From Deltaproteobacteria bacterium (GTDB lineage: Bacteria; Lernaellota; Lernaellaia; JACKCT01), in the NCBI GenBank assembly GCA_020845895.1, contig JADLEX010000078.1, positions 801-64,800 on the forward strand: a stretch of 64,000 nucleotides of DNA. Reading direction: 5' to 3'. The notes under the pieces are model-generated. The model saw only the letters and a list, made by a program, of their open reading frames with translations, ran no database searches and was not told the DNA's origin. The translations under genes were made by a program, and so were the position numbers. Positions 21,667 through 30,569 of the stretch are shown one piece after another (the stretch's first letter is position 1; each line of letters begins with the position of its first letter).

Positions 21667-23133
21667 CTAGAAGAAAAACACCGGAGTTGACAGCAGGAAG
21701 ACGACGATCAGCACGGGGATCGAGTACTTCAGCATATAGCCGAAAAAGCTCGGCATCGGCACCCCGGCCTCCTCGGCGATGGCTTTTACCATGAAGTTCG
21801 GCGCGTTTCCAATATAGGTGTTCGCGCCCATGAAAACGGCCCCGGCGCTGATGGCGGCCAGGTAGTGCGCGCCGTTGGGGAAGGTTGTTCCCGCCACCTC
21901 GCCCATCAGGTAGCGCACCGCCTCGGGCTCGGGGATGCCCGGGTAGATCTGGCCGAGCGCCGCGTTGAAGAAGGTCAGATAGGTCGGCGCGTTGTCGAGG
22001 AAACTGGACAGTCCGCCCGTGGCCCAGAAATAGCGGGCGGGCGTGTTGACCGCATTCACGAGGAAGGCGAGGTGCCCTTGCGAGCCGGCCTTGAGAATCG
22101 CCAACGCCGGAATGATCGTGATGAAAATGCCCGCGAAAAGAATCGCGACCTCGCGAATGGGTCCCCACGTGTATTCGTTGGCCTTTCGAAGCGCTTGCGA
22201 CGTGGTGAACCACGACGCCGCGCCCATGCCGAGAATGAGCAGATCGCGCACGAGGTTTTGAACCGACTCGTACAGGCCGAGGCCGACGGGGACCTCGCCC
22301 CATTCGATAAGGCCGCTCATCAACACCGCCGCGAGAATCCCCCCGAGGAACACGAAATTGAGCTTTCCGTCGAGGCCGAACGGCTCGGGTGCACCGTCGT
22401 CGGGCGGCGGCGATTCTTTTTTGAAATAGAAAGAGTCGAGGGCGAAGAAGATGGCGAGGACAAGCACCGCGGTAAAAAGCGTATCCGGCAAAATGTGGAT
22501 GGCGGTCCAGAAGAAGTGAACGCCGTGGAGGAATCCGAGGAAGAGGGGCGGGTCACCCAACGGTGTGAGCGAACCGCCGATGTTGGAGACGAGAAAAATG
22601 AAGAAGACGACGACGTGCACCTTGTGACGCCGCCACGCGTTGGCGCGCAGCATGGGACGGATCAGGATCATCGACGCGCCGGTGGTGCCGACGAGCGAGG
22701 CGATGGCCGTTCCGATGAGCAGTAGGATGAGGTTGACCTTCGGCGATCCGCGAAGCGAACCGCGCACCACGATGCCGCCCGCGACCGTGAAAAGGCCGAA
22801 GAGCAGGATGATGAACGGGATGAAGTCGACGACGACGATGTGCCAGATCTCGTGCAGCGCGTGGCCGCGATACGCCATCAGGAACGGAACGGCGAAGACG
22901 ACGGCCCAGGCCGCCGCAATCTTCGGATAATGGTGATGCCAGAAGTGCGGAGCGACGAGCGGGAATACGGCGATGGACAGGAGGATGCCCACGAAGGGGA
23001 TGACGCTCCACAGCGGGAGCTCAGCCCCCAGGTTCACGCCATCGCTTTCGGCCGCGTCACCCGCCCACGCAAAACCCGCGCCCAAAAGAAGGACGAGGGT
23101 GCAGATCGCGGAGAAAAAAGACACGTACCTCAA
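21667..23133 (-). CDS. ArsB/NhaD-superfamily ion transporter (putative Na+/H+ antiporter or anion permease)
   Basis: A 488-aa polytopic membrane protein. The motif 'GGSLTPLGDPPLFLGF' is characteristic of the NhaD/ArsB/CitMHS permease fold. Confidence 0.6.
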   Translation of the reverse strand: MRYVSFFSAICTLVLLLGAGFAWAGDAAESDGVNLGAELPLWSVIPFVGILLSIAVFPLVAPHFWHHHYPKIAAAWAVVFAVPFLMAYRGHALHEIWHIVVVDFIPFIILLFGLFTVAGGIVVRGSLRGSPKVNLILLLIGTAIASLVGTTGASMILIRPMLRANAWRRHKVHVVVFFIFLVSNIGGSLTPLGDPPLFLGFLHGVHFFWTAIHILPDTLFTAVLVLAIFFALDSFYFKKESPPPDDGAPEPFGLDGKLNFVFLGGILAAVLMSGLIEWGEVPVGLGLYESVQNLVRDLLILGMGAASWFTTSQALRKANEYTWGPIREVAILFAGIFITIIPALAILKAGSQGHLAFLVNAVNTPARYFWATGGLSSFLDNAPTYLTFFNAALGQIYPGIPEPEAVRYLMGEVAGTTFPNGAHYLAAISAGAVFMGANTYIGNAPNFMVKAIAEEAGVPMPSFFGYMLKYSIPVLIVVFLLSTPVFFF

Positions 23134-23201
23134 TGCGGCACCTTCCGCACGGCCGACCGACCGGAAAATTCCGAAGGATAAAGATCGGGCGGGGTCCGGA
23201 C

Positions 23202-23642
23202 CTAGACGGTCTTCTCGGTCCCCTTGAGAGCCTGCTGGGGCGGGGCGGCCGCCGGACGGCTCTCGGGCCGGACGGGTCCGTCACCCAGGATCGCCTCGAT
23301 GTTTTCCATCTTGCACGCGCCTTCGAAGATGACGCCCTGCTCGACGACCAGCGACGGGGTCGCGATGTTGCCGTAGAGCTTGCCGGGGGCGCGCAGTTCG
23401 ACGCGCTTGCGCGCGGCGACGTCGCCGTGCACGTTGCCGGAGATGATCACGACATCGACGTTGATCTTGGCCTGGATATCGGCGCCGGGGCCGATGATGA
23501 GCGTGCCCTTGGAGAAAATCTCGCCCTCGATCTTGCCGTCGATGCGCACGGTCCCGTCGAAGGTGAGCTTGCCGACGAACTCGCTATTCTTCCCGATGAA
23601 GGCGTTGACGTCCTTCGGGAATCCCCCCATCTCCTCAACCAT
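23202..23642 (-). CDS. Bactofilin (DUF583 cytoskeletal polymer-forming protein)
   Basis: A repetitive beta-helical sequence: 'IDGKIEGEIFSKGTLIIGPGADIQAKINVDVVIISGNVHGDVAARKRVELRAPGKLYGNI'. Confidence 0.8.
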   Translation of the reverse strand: MVEEMGGFPKDVNAFIGKNSEFVGKLTFDGTVRIDGKIEGEIFSKGTLIIGPGADIQAKINVDVVIISGNVHGDVAARKRVELRAPGKLYGNIATPSLVVEQGVIFEGACKMENIEAILGDGPVRPESRPAAAPPQQALKGTEKTV

Positions 23643-23754
23643 GCCCCATCTCCTCCTTTAGGCCGAACCTCCCCGGTTCGACCCGACGTGTGTTTTTAAC
23701 CCCTGCCCGGTTTCGCCGCAAGTCCATGCGCTTCGATTCCGGGCCGATTCTCCG

Positions 23755-24741
23755 TTATTCGAGTGTCCGCGCGAGCAAATCGAGCACGTGGTCGCGCTCG
23801 TCTTTCGAAAAGTAATGGATTTCGATCCGTCCTTTCGCCTCATTTCCCGACATCTGCAACCGCGTCGCGAATCGCTCACGCAGTCGGCGAAGCAGATCTT
23901 CCATGTTCGGGTCGGACTTTTCGTCGCTTTGCGGTGATGGCCGGGGCCGCGCACGCAGTTTTTTCGCGGCCTCGAGCAGGCGCTTGACGTGGCGCTCCGT
24001 CTCACGCACCGACATGCCCGCGCCGACGACATCGCCGAATGCCGACAGGATCTCGTCGGCTTCGCCCAACGGCAGAAGCGCCCGGGCGTGACCCGCCGTG
24101 ATTTCGCCCGCCGCCAGTGCGTTCTTCACCAGTTCGGGAAGACCCAACAGACGCAGGGCGTTCGCCACCGCGCTGCGGCTCTTGCCCACGCGATCGGCGA
24201 TGATCTCCTGCGTAAACGCGAAGTGATCGACGAGCGCTTGTAGTCCCTCGGCCTCGTCGATGGGATTCAGGTTCTCGCGCTGGAGGTTCTCGACGAGCGA
24301 GAGCACCGACAGATCCTGATCGTCGGCGTCGAAGACCAGCACCGGCACCTGCGCGAGCCCGGCGACCGCCGCCGCGCGAAAGCGTCGCTCGCCCGCGATG
24401 AGTTCGTATTTTTCCGAGTCGTCGGGCAGGCGGCGCACCGCGAGCGGTTGGAGAATGCCGTTTTCGCGGATCGACGCCGCGAGCTCGGCGATCGACGCGT
24501 TGTCGAAGGACTTTCGCGCCTGAAATCGGTTGGGAACGATCTTCGCGAGCGGCAGTTCGAGGACGCGCCGCCCGGCGGGTTCGTCGTTCTTCGCGCTCTC
24601 CCTGGCCGGGGGAGGATCGACCGCAGGGGGGGTTCGAGCTTCGCCCTTGGATGCCCCAGGGCCGATGAGCGCGTCGAGCCCCTTGCCGAGCCTGCTATGT
24701 TTCGCGGTTTTCGTCGCGGTCGTCGTCGCGGTTTTGGTCAT
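23755..24741 (-). CDS. parB: Chromosome partitioning protein ParB/Spo0J
   Basis: Contains 'GKGLDALI' and the ParB box 'GERRFRAA'. It overlaps the parA stop by 4 bp. Confidence 0.9.
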   Translation of the reverse strand: MTKTATTTATKTAKHSRLGKGLDALIGPGASKGEARTPPAVDPPPARESAKNDEPAGRRVLELPLAKIVPNRFQARKSFDNASIAELAASIRENGILQPLAVRRLPDDSEKYELIAGERRFRAAAVAGLAQVPVLVFDADDQDLSVLSLVENLQRENLNPIDEAEGLQALVDHFAFTQEIIADRVGKSRSAVANALRLLGLPELVKNALAAGEITAGHARALLPLGEADEILSAFGDVVGAGMSVRETERHVKRLLEAAKKLRARPRPSPQSDEKSDPNMEDLLRRLRERFATRLQMSGNEAKGRIEIHYFSKDERDHVLDLLARTLE

Positions 24742-25517
24742 GGCGTATCCGTCGCCTTCTCTCGCTTCAGAAACTCACGCGCGAGCGCGAGATAAGCCTC
24801 CGCGCCGGAGGACTTGATGTCGTAACGAAAAATCGTCTGGCCGAAACTCGGCGCTTCGGAAAGACGCACGTTGCGCGGAATCACCGTGGAAAACACGCGG
24901 TCGCCAAAGTGCGTGCGCACCTCGGCCTCGACCTGATTCGCGAGATTCGTGCGCCGGTCCATCATCGTGAGCAGGATGCCGCCGATGATGAGTCGCGGAT
25001 TGTACGCCTCGCGGATCGCGTCAACCGTCCGCGTGAGCGCCGACAGCCCTTCGAGCGCGTAATATTCGGCTTGAAGCGTGACGACGAGTTCATCCGCGGC
25101 GCACATCGCGTTGACGGTGAGCAGGCCGAGCGAGGGCGGGCAGTCGATCACGATGTAATCGAATCGATCCTTCACCGATTTCAGCGCCCGGTGCAGCAGG
25201 TCGTTGCGGTCCGGCAGATCGACGAGTTCCACCTCGGCGCCGATGAGTCCGGGACCCGACGGCGCGACGTGCAGCTTTCCGGTCGATGTCTCGCGAATCA
25301 CCTCGGACATCGGGACGTGGGCGATGAGGGCTTCGTAGATGCCGGGGGTGCGTTCGTCGGGTCCGAGGCCGATGCCGCTGGTGGAATTGCCCTGCGGGTC
25401 CATGTCCACGAGCAGCACCCGGCGGCGCGAGAGGGCGAGCCCGGCGGCGAAATTCACGGACGTCGTGGTCTTGCCCACGCCGCCCTTTTGATTTGCCACC
25501 GCCAGAACCTTGGTCAT
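24738..25517 (-). CDS. parA: Chromosome partitioning ATPase ParA/Soj
   Basis: Deviant Walker A 'KGGVGKTT'; 259 aa. Confidence 0.9.
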   Translation of the reverse strand: MTKVLAVANQKGGVGKTTTSVNFAAGLALSRRRVLLVDMDPQGNSTSGIGLGPDERTPGIYEALIAHVPMSEVIRETSTGKLHVAPSGPGLIGAEVELVDLPDRNDLLHRALKSVKDRFDYIVIDCPPSLGLLTVNAMCAADELVVTLQAEYYALEGLSALTRTVDAIREAYNPRLIIGGILLTMMDRRTNLANQVEAEVRTHFGDRVFSTVIPRNVRLSEAPSFGQTIFRYDIKSSGAEAYLALAREFLKREKATDTP

Positions 25518-25685
25518 CGCTCATTCCCGTCGCGGGCTCGGATCGAATTCGGCGCGATCGGTTTCGCCCGCACGCGCACTCAGGTCATACATTTTCGGCA
25601 ATTCCCGGCGCCCCAATCGCCGGGGGACGAAACCCATAGCACGATCGCCGTGTGTCGCCAAGCGCCGGGCGACCCGAAATGCGAA

Positions 25686-25715
25686 ACGCCCCTTTCGGCG
25701 AACCGGAAGGGGCGT
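25686..25715 (-). terminator. Hairpin ACGCCCCTT-(12 nt)-AAGGGGCGT downstream of the 25738..26487 gene
   Basis: Perfect 9-bp inverted repeat with T-rich flanks on both strands. Confidence 0.4.
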
Positions 25716-25737
25716 CGCGTCGGATTTTCGCGTCAGA

Positions 25738-26487
25738 TCAGGGCAGGCAGCTCACGTAGCTCGCGAACACGCCCGCCAGGTCGTCGGTCGTTTCGATCAG
25801 CGAGAATTCGGCGCCGAGTCCGGCGAAGCAGCTCACGGTATTCGCGACCTCGGAGAGCGACTCGCAAGCGGGGTGAGCCGATTCGCAGGCCGCCTCGTCG
25901 TCGCCGAACGCGCGGTCCATGGCGCAGTCGAGGTAGCCGGCGCAGTTCGCGCCCTCGGCCTCGGCGCGCGCCGCGAAGTCGGTTTCGGCCGCGATCACGC
26001 AGTCGAAGACCTGCTCGCCGCACGCGGCCATGCACGCGGCGGAATCGCACTCGAACGCGCAGTTCGCGCCGGCGTCGGCGCAAGCCACCGCGTCGGTGCG
26101 GATCTGGTCGAAGCTGACGAGATCGGCCATCGGCACGTCGCCGTGGATCGCCATCTCGATGTCCGAACCCCACTCATCGGCGCCGAAATCGACGTTCAGC
26201 CCGGCGAAGTCGTCGAGCAACCCGGTGCCGTCGAGCGCGTCCATCTTGCTCGCGCAGCCGCCGCATCCGTCGCAGCCGCACGCGCCGGTCGCGGGATCCT
26301 CGGAATAATCCGGGTCCTCGGTCGTGTCGTCGTCGGCCGACGTGTCATCATCGTCCATGTTTTCGAAGTCGTTCTCCTTGTTTTCGTCGTCGTCATCGTC
26401 GTCGTCGGAACAACCCCCGAGACCGATGGTGAGAGCGCCAAGAAGAGACAGGACCACCAACAGCGTCGACCACGGCCACAAGCGCAT
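25738..26487 (-). CDS. Acidic Cys-rich lipoprotein of unknown function
   Basis: Signal peptide with lipobox 'LGGC'. A poly-Asp tether (DDDDDDDENKEND...DDDD) follows, then a C-rich domain with about 20 Cys residues. Start refined to MRLWPW at 26487. Confidence 0.5.
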   Translation of the reverse strand: MRLWPWSTLLVVLSLLGALTIGLGGCSDDDDDDDENKENDFENMDDDDTSADDDTTEDPDYSEDPATGACGCDGCGGCASKMDALDGTGLLDDFAGLNVDFGADEWGSDIEMAIHGDVPMADLVSFDQIRTDAVACADAGANCAFECDSAACMAACGEQVFDCVIAAETDFAARAEAEGANCAGYLDCAMDRAFGDDEAACESAHPACESLSEVANTVSCFAGLGAEFSLIETTDDLAGVFASYVSCLP

Positions 26488-26722
26488 TCGGTTCCCCCTC
26501 GTCGATGACGCCGCGAACGGGTCGCGGCCGCAAATGTGCGGAAATTCCAGCAATTTCAAGAACTATACACAAACGCGTCGAGCGAGGGAATACGCGCGAA
26601 TGGGTCATCAAGCCGCGGACCGCTTCTTCCGATAGATGCTGAGAGGGGAACGGAATTCCCCGTCGCGGGTTATTGGGGAGCCGCGCGACGTACCGGCGGC
26701 GACGCCAGGGACGGTGCCGAAA

Positions 26723-28735
26723 ATGAAACTCAAAAGAACTTTCACAGCCCTGGCGGCGATTCTGATCCTTTCGACGACCGTTTTTCCGTCGATCGCACTC
26801 GCGCAGGACGACATCGACATCGCGGCCATCCGCGCCGCCATCCGCCGGTCGGGCGCGAACTGGAGCGCCGCCGAGAACGTGGTCACGCGCCGTGGTATGA
26901 ACTTCATGTCGGCCCTCGCGGCCGCACCGGTGCCGGTCGTTCATTCCACCGATCGCTTCTTCGAACCCAACATGAGTCTCGCCCTGCCGACCGCCATCGA
27001 CTGGCGCGCCAACGGCGGGAACTACGTGACGCCGGTGCGCGATCAGGGCTCTTGCGGAAGCTGCTGGGCGTTCGCGGCGGTGGCGGCGGTCGAAGCGCGC
27101 GACGCGGTCTTCAACGGCATCGCGAGTCCCACGACCGACCTGTCCGAGCAACAAGTGCTTTCGTGCTCCGACGCGGGGGACTGCGTCGCGGGCGGATATC
27201 TCTCCGGGGCGCTCGACTACATCCAGGAAACCGGAACGCCCGACGAGTCGTGCTTCGCGTATGCGGGCTACAAGAAGAGCTGCGCGAGCACGTGCGGCGA
27301 CTGGGCGTCGCGCACGGTCACGATCGACGACTGGTCGTGGATCACGACCACCAACTACACCGACACCACGCTCATCAAGACCGCGCTCATGGATGGCCCC
27401 GTGCCCGTCTGGTACAAGATTTACATGGATTTCTACGCCTACACGGGCGGCGTGTATCAGCACGTGTGGGGCAACTACGTCGGCAACCACTTCGTTCTGA
27501 TCGTCGGCTACAACGACGCCGAACAGGCGTGGATCGTGAAAAACAGTTGGGGCGACGACTGGGGCATGAGCGGCTACTTCAAAATCAAGTACGCCGACTC
27601 CGAGTTCGGCTCCTGGGCCGCCGCCGTGACGCCGCAGGTCGATAGCTGCGCGCTGCCCGACCTCGACTTCGTCGCGAATCCCACCTCGGGACCTCCCGGC
27701 ACGGTCGTGTATTTCACCGAAACCGGCAACAAGCCGCAGTGTACGGTGACCGCGCGCAAGTGGACGTTCGGCGACGGCACCTACACCAGCCACCACAATC
27801 CGCTGCATGTCTACAACGCGGCGGGAAATTTCACCGTGAAGTATGAAGTGACGAATTCGGCGGGAACCTTCCGCGTGGAAAAACCCGCGCTCGTCGTCAT
27901 CGAGGACGACGCCGAGTGCCATGTGAACGCCGACTGCGAAGACGGCATCGGCTGCACCGTGAACACCTGCAATTCCCAGACGCTGACCTGCGAAATCGTG
28001 AACAACTGCGGCGACCGCACGCTCTCGGCCGACTGCGCGAACAGCGCGGGGAGCGGAGAATACACGCTGCCGATCGGGATCTCCGACGGCTCGAACGTCG
28101 ATGCCTACAACTTCAATCTCGATTTCGACAACGTGAATCTCCAGTTCAAGCAGATGACGACGAACGGCACGCTGCTGGAAGGCCGGGGCGTGTTTCTCTC
28201 GTGCGGCATGGAGGGCAACGGCGACATCGGGTGCAGCGGAAATCCGTACCCCGCGCTCGAGCCGGGATCGAGCGGCGTGCTGATGAACCTCGTCTTTACG
28301 GTGCTGGCCGACGCGGGCGCGGCCGAGTTTCGCCCCTACAACATGGGCGGCGATTTCGGCGGCATGACGGGCGAATCGTGCACGGCGTCGATCCTGCTCA
28401 TCGCGGGCGATGACGACGGTGATGATGATGCGGACGATGATTTGGCTGACGATGATGTCGACGATGACGCATCGGACGACGACGCGGATGACGACACCTG
28501 GTATCCCGACGACGATGCCGATGACGACAGTACCGATGACGATGCGGCGGATGACGACGCCGAGGATGATGACGCGGCGGATGACGACGCCGGCGACGAC
28601 GACGGCCTGTGGTGGGATGACGACGACGAGCCCGACGATGACGACATGTCGCCCGACACGAACTCGGGCGGTGAAGACGACAGCGCCGTGGACGTGGACT
28701 CCGACGAACAGCAGCAGGTCGCCTGCGGCTGCTGA
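26723..28735 (+). CDS. Secreted papain-family (C1A) cysteine peptidase with a PKD domain, a beta-rich module, an acidic Asp-rich C-terminal region and a terminal ACGC
   Basis: Catalytic 'QGSCGSCWAFA' and 'NSWG...GYF'. PKD-like 'WTFGDGTYTSHHNPLHVYNAAGNFTVKYEVTN'. The C-terminus reads 'DDDGDDDADDDLADDD...DTWYPDDDADDD...QQQVACGC*'. A type I signal peptide is present. Confidence 0.8.
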   Translation: MKLKRTFTALAAILILSTTVFPSIALAQDDIDIAAIRAAIRRSGANWSAAENVVTRRGMNFMSALAAAPVPVVHSTDRFFEPNMSLALPTAIDWRANGGNYVTPVRDQGSCGSCWAFAAVAAVEARDAVFNGIASPTTDLSEQQVLSCSDAGDCVAGGYLSGALDYIQETGTPDESCFAYAGYKKSCASTCGDWASRTVTIDDWSWITTTNYTDTTLIKTALMDGPVPVWYKIYMDFYAYTGGVYQHVWGNYVGNHFVLIVGYNDAEQAWIVKNSWGDDWGMSGYFKIKYADSEFGSWAAAVTPQVDSCALPDLDFVANPTSGPPGTVVYFTETGNKPQCTVTARKWTFGDGTYTSHHNPLHVYNAAGNFTVKYEVTNSAGTFRVEKPALVVIEDDAECHVNADCEDGIGCTVNTCNSQTLTCEIVNNCGDRTLSADCANSAGSGEYTLPIGISDGSNVDAYNFNLDFDNVNLQFKQMTTNGTLLEGRGVFLSCGMEGNGDIGCSGNPYPALEPGSSGVLMNLVFTVLADAGAAEFRPYNMGGDFGGMTGESCTASILLIAGDDDGDDDADDDLADDDVDDDASDDDADDDTWYPDDDADDDSTDDDAADDDAEDDDAADDDAGDDDGLWWDDDDEPDDDDMSPDTNSGGEDDSAVDVDSDEQQQVACGC

Positions 28736-28757
28736 TTCGCGCTTAGTGCGCGAAACG

Positions 28758-28791
28758 AAAAAAGCCCGGCTCGTCGCCGGGCTTTTCGTTT
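28758..28791 (+). terminator. Rho-independent terminator (AAAAAAGCCCGGC-tcgtc-GCCGGGCTTTTCGTTT)
   Basis: GC hairpin with A- and T-tracts on both sides, immediately after the peptidase gene stop. Confidence 0.7.
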
Positions 28792-28824
28792 GACCTGATC
28801 GATCCGTGAACGTACAACCGCGTC

Positions 28825-30567
28825 ATGCCGAAATTCGGAATTGCAGATCGAGGCGGGCCATCGCCGTCCAATCCCTCGATGTTCGACACGTCTGTCGTGA
28901 CGGGGATGATCGTCGCGGCGTATGCATTCGCCGTGCTGGCCCTCGGCACGCGGCCGGTCTTCGACAACGACATCGGCATCCACATCGGCGTGGGCCGCAC
29001 GATCTGGGAAAATCGGGCGGTCACCGGCCATGATTTTCATTCCCACACCGCGCCCGGCGCCGATTTTCTGGACCACGAATGGCTCGCGCGGCTTCTGTTC
29101 TTCGCCATCGACGGGGCGGGCGGCAACGCGGGGCTTGTCGCGTTTCAGGCGCTGACGGTGCTGATCGTTTTTGTTCTGCTGGCACGGAGCAATCGCGAGC
29201 ACGGCCTCGCGACGGCTCTCGTCCTTCTCGCCGCGGGCGTGGTGCTTTCCACACGCGTGCAGGTCCGCCCGCACGTGATCGCCTGGGTGTTGATCGCTCT
29301 TCAAATTGTTTTTCAAAAAAAAGGCAACCGCACGGCGATCGCGGCCTTGCTGGCGCTGTGGGCCAACATCCACGGCAGTTTTCTGCTCGGTGTCGCAATG
29401 GCGCTCGTCTGGTCGGCCGAGCGCTGGTGGACCTACCGCGACCGAAAATGGTTCGCATGGGCCGCGGCATTCGCGCTCGCGCCGATGGCGAATCCCTTCG
29501 GTTGGCGGATCTACGGCTTTGCCAGGCAAATCAAGGACATCAACTTTTTCGTTTCCGAGTGGCAGCCCTATTCACTCGCATCGGTTTACCCCTGGGTGAT
29601 CGCCGCGGTATTCGGGGCCATCGTCATCGACTTGATTCGACGGCGTGAGAATCTCCTGTTCGACGGCGCGAGGATCGCACTGCTCGCGGGACTGTCCTGG
29701 TCGGCCATGCGCCATGGGTCCGAAGCGATGTTGTACGCCGCGCCGATCTTTGCCGCGCGCTACGGTCCGGCGCTCGCGCGGATGCCGCGACGCGCGGGCA
29801 TCGCGAGCGCGTCGATGGTCGCTGTCGCCGCCGTGGCCGGAGGCGTCTATTTAGCCGCCGAGCGGCAGTCGTTTCGCTTCACCATCGATTCGCACGCGCT
29901 CCCAATTCGGGCGATAGATTTCATCAACCGTGAAGAGCCGACCGGTGAGATTTTCAACGATTACGATTTCGGCGGCTACCTGCTCTGGAAACTCGACCCA
30001 CGCCGAAAGGTTTTTGTCGACGGTCGGCTCGAGGTCTATGGCCCCGGCGGCCACCTTGACGAATATCTGCGCGTGTCCAATGGCGTGCCCGGTTGGCAAT
30101 CCATCCTGGACAAGTATGGCGTGAACATGTGCGTCGTTCGCGCTGACCGCCCGATTGCCAAGCAGCTTGACGAGAGAGGCGCGTGGGAGATGGTCTACTT
30201 CGATTACAACGCGGCGATTTTCCTGCGTCGCGGAGCGTCGCCCCAAATTCGTCGCATCACGAACTTCCGCCCGTGGGGCCACCGCGACAGGGACAATTTC
30301 CCGGTTCTGATCGACGAGGCGAAGTATTTGCTTGGCCAAAACCCCGAATTTTTCGGCGGCTTCAAGATGCTGGGATTCGTCCAGTATCGCTCCGGCGACT
30401 ATGCCGGCGCGCGCGACAGCATGCGCGAATACCTGCGCCTTTTTCCCGGCGGCGTGCGTTCGGAGCAAACCATGGAAATGCTCGGGAACCTTTCGGTGCG
30501 AGGGTTCGGACTCGACACCACGCACGGCAATACGGGGGGCATCATGCCCCAGTTCGACGAGCCGTGA
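28825..30567 (+). CDS. Large polytopic membrane protein with a periplasmic C-terminal domain; possible GT-C-like glycosyltransferase. Start may be the internal Met at 28879.
   Basis: About 8-10 TM helices in the N-terminal ~330 aa, then a soluble ~250-aa domain. Its stop is 2 nt from the start of the YfhO-like gene (operon). I cannot place the family with confidence. Confidence 0.45.
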   Translation: MPKFGIADRGGPSPSNPSMFDTSVVTGMIVAAYAFAVLALGTRPVFDNDIGIHIGVGRTIWENRAVTGHDFHSHTAPGADFLDHEWLARLLFFAIDGAGGNAGLVAFQALTVLIVFVLLARSNREHGLATALVLLAAGVVLSTRVQVRPHVIAWVLIALQIVFQKKGNRTAIAALLALWANIHGSFLLGVAMALVWSAERWWTYRDRKWFAWAAAFALAPMANPFGWRIYGFARQIKDINFFVSEWQPYSLASVYPWVIAAVFGAIVIDLIRRRENLLFDGARIALLAGLSWSAMRHGSEAMLYAAPIFAARYGPALARMPRRAGIASASMVAVAAVAGGVYLAAERQSFRFTIDSHALPIRAIDFINREEPTGEIFNDYDFGGYLLWKLDPRRKVFVDGRLEVYGPGGHLDEYLRVSNGVPGWQSILDKYGVNMCVVRADRPIAKQLDERGAWEMVYFDYNAAIFLRRGASPQIRRITNFRPWGHRDRDNFPVLIDEAKYLLGQNPEFFGGFKMLGFVQYRSGDYAGARDSMREYLRLFPGGVRSEQTMEMLGNLSVRGFGLDTTHGNTGGIMPQFDEP

Positions 30568-30569
30568 GA

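Noticed and set aside
23643-23754. Search for a parS site (TGTTTCACGTGAAACA-like) near parAB
   Set aside because: Only partial half-site matches (TGTTTCAC) were found, and those lie inside unrelated coding regions; no convincing palindrome.
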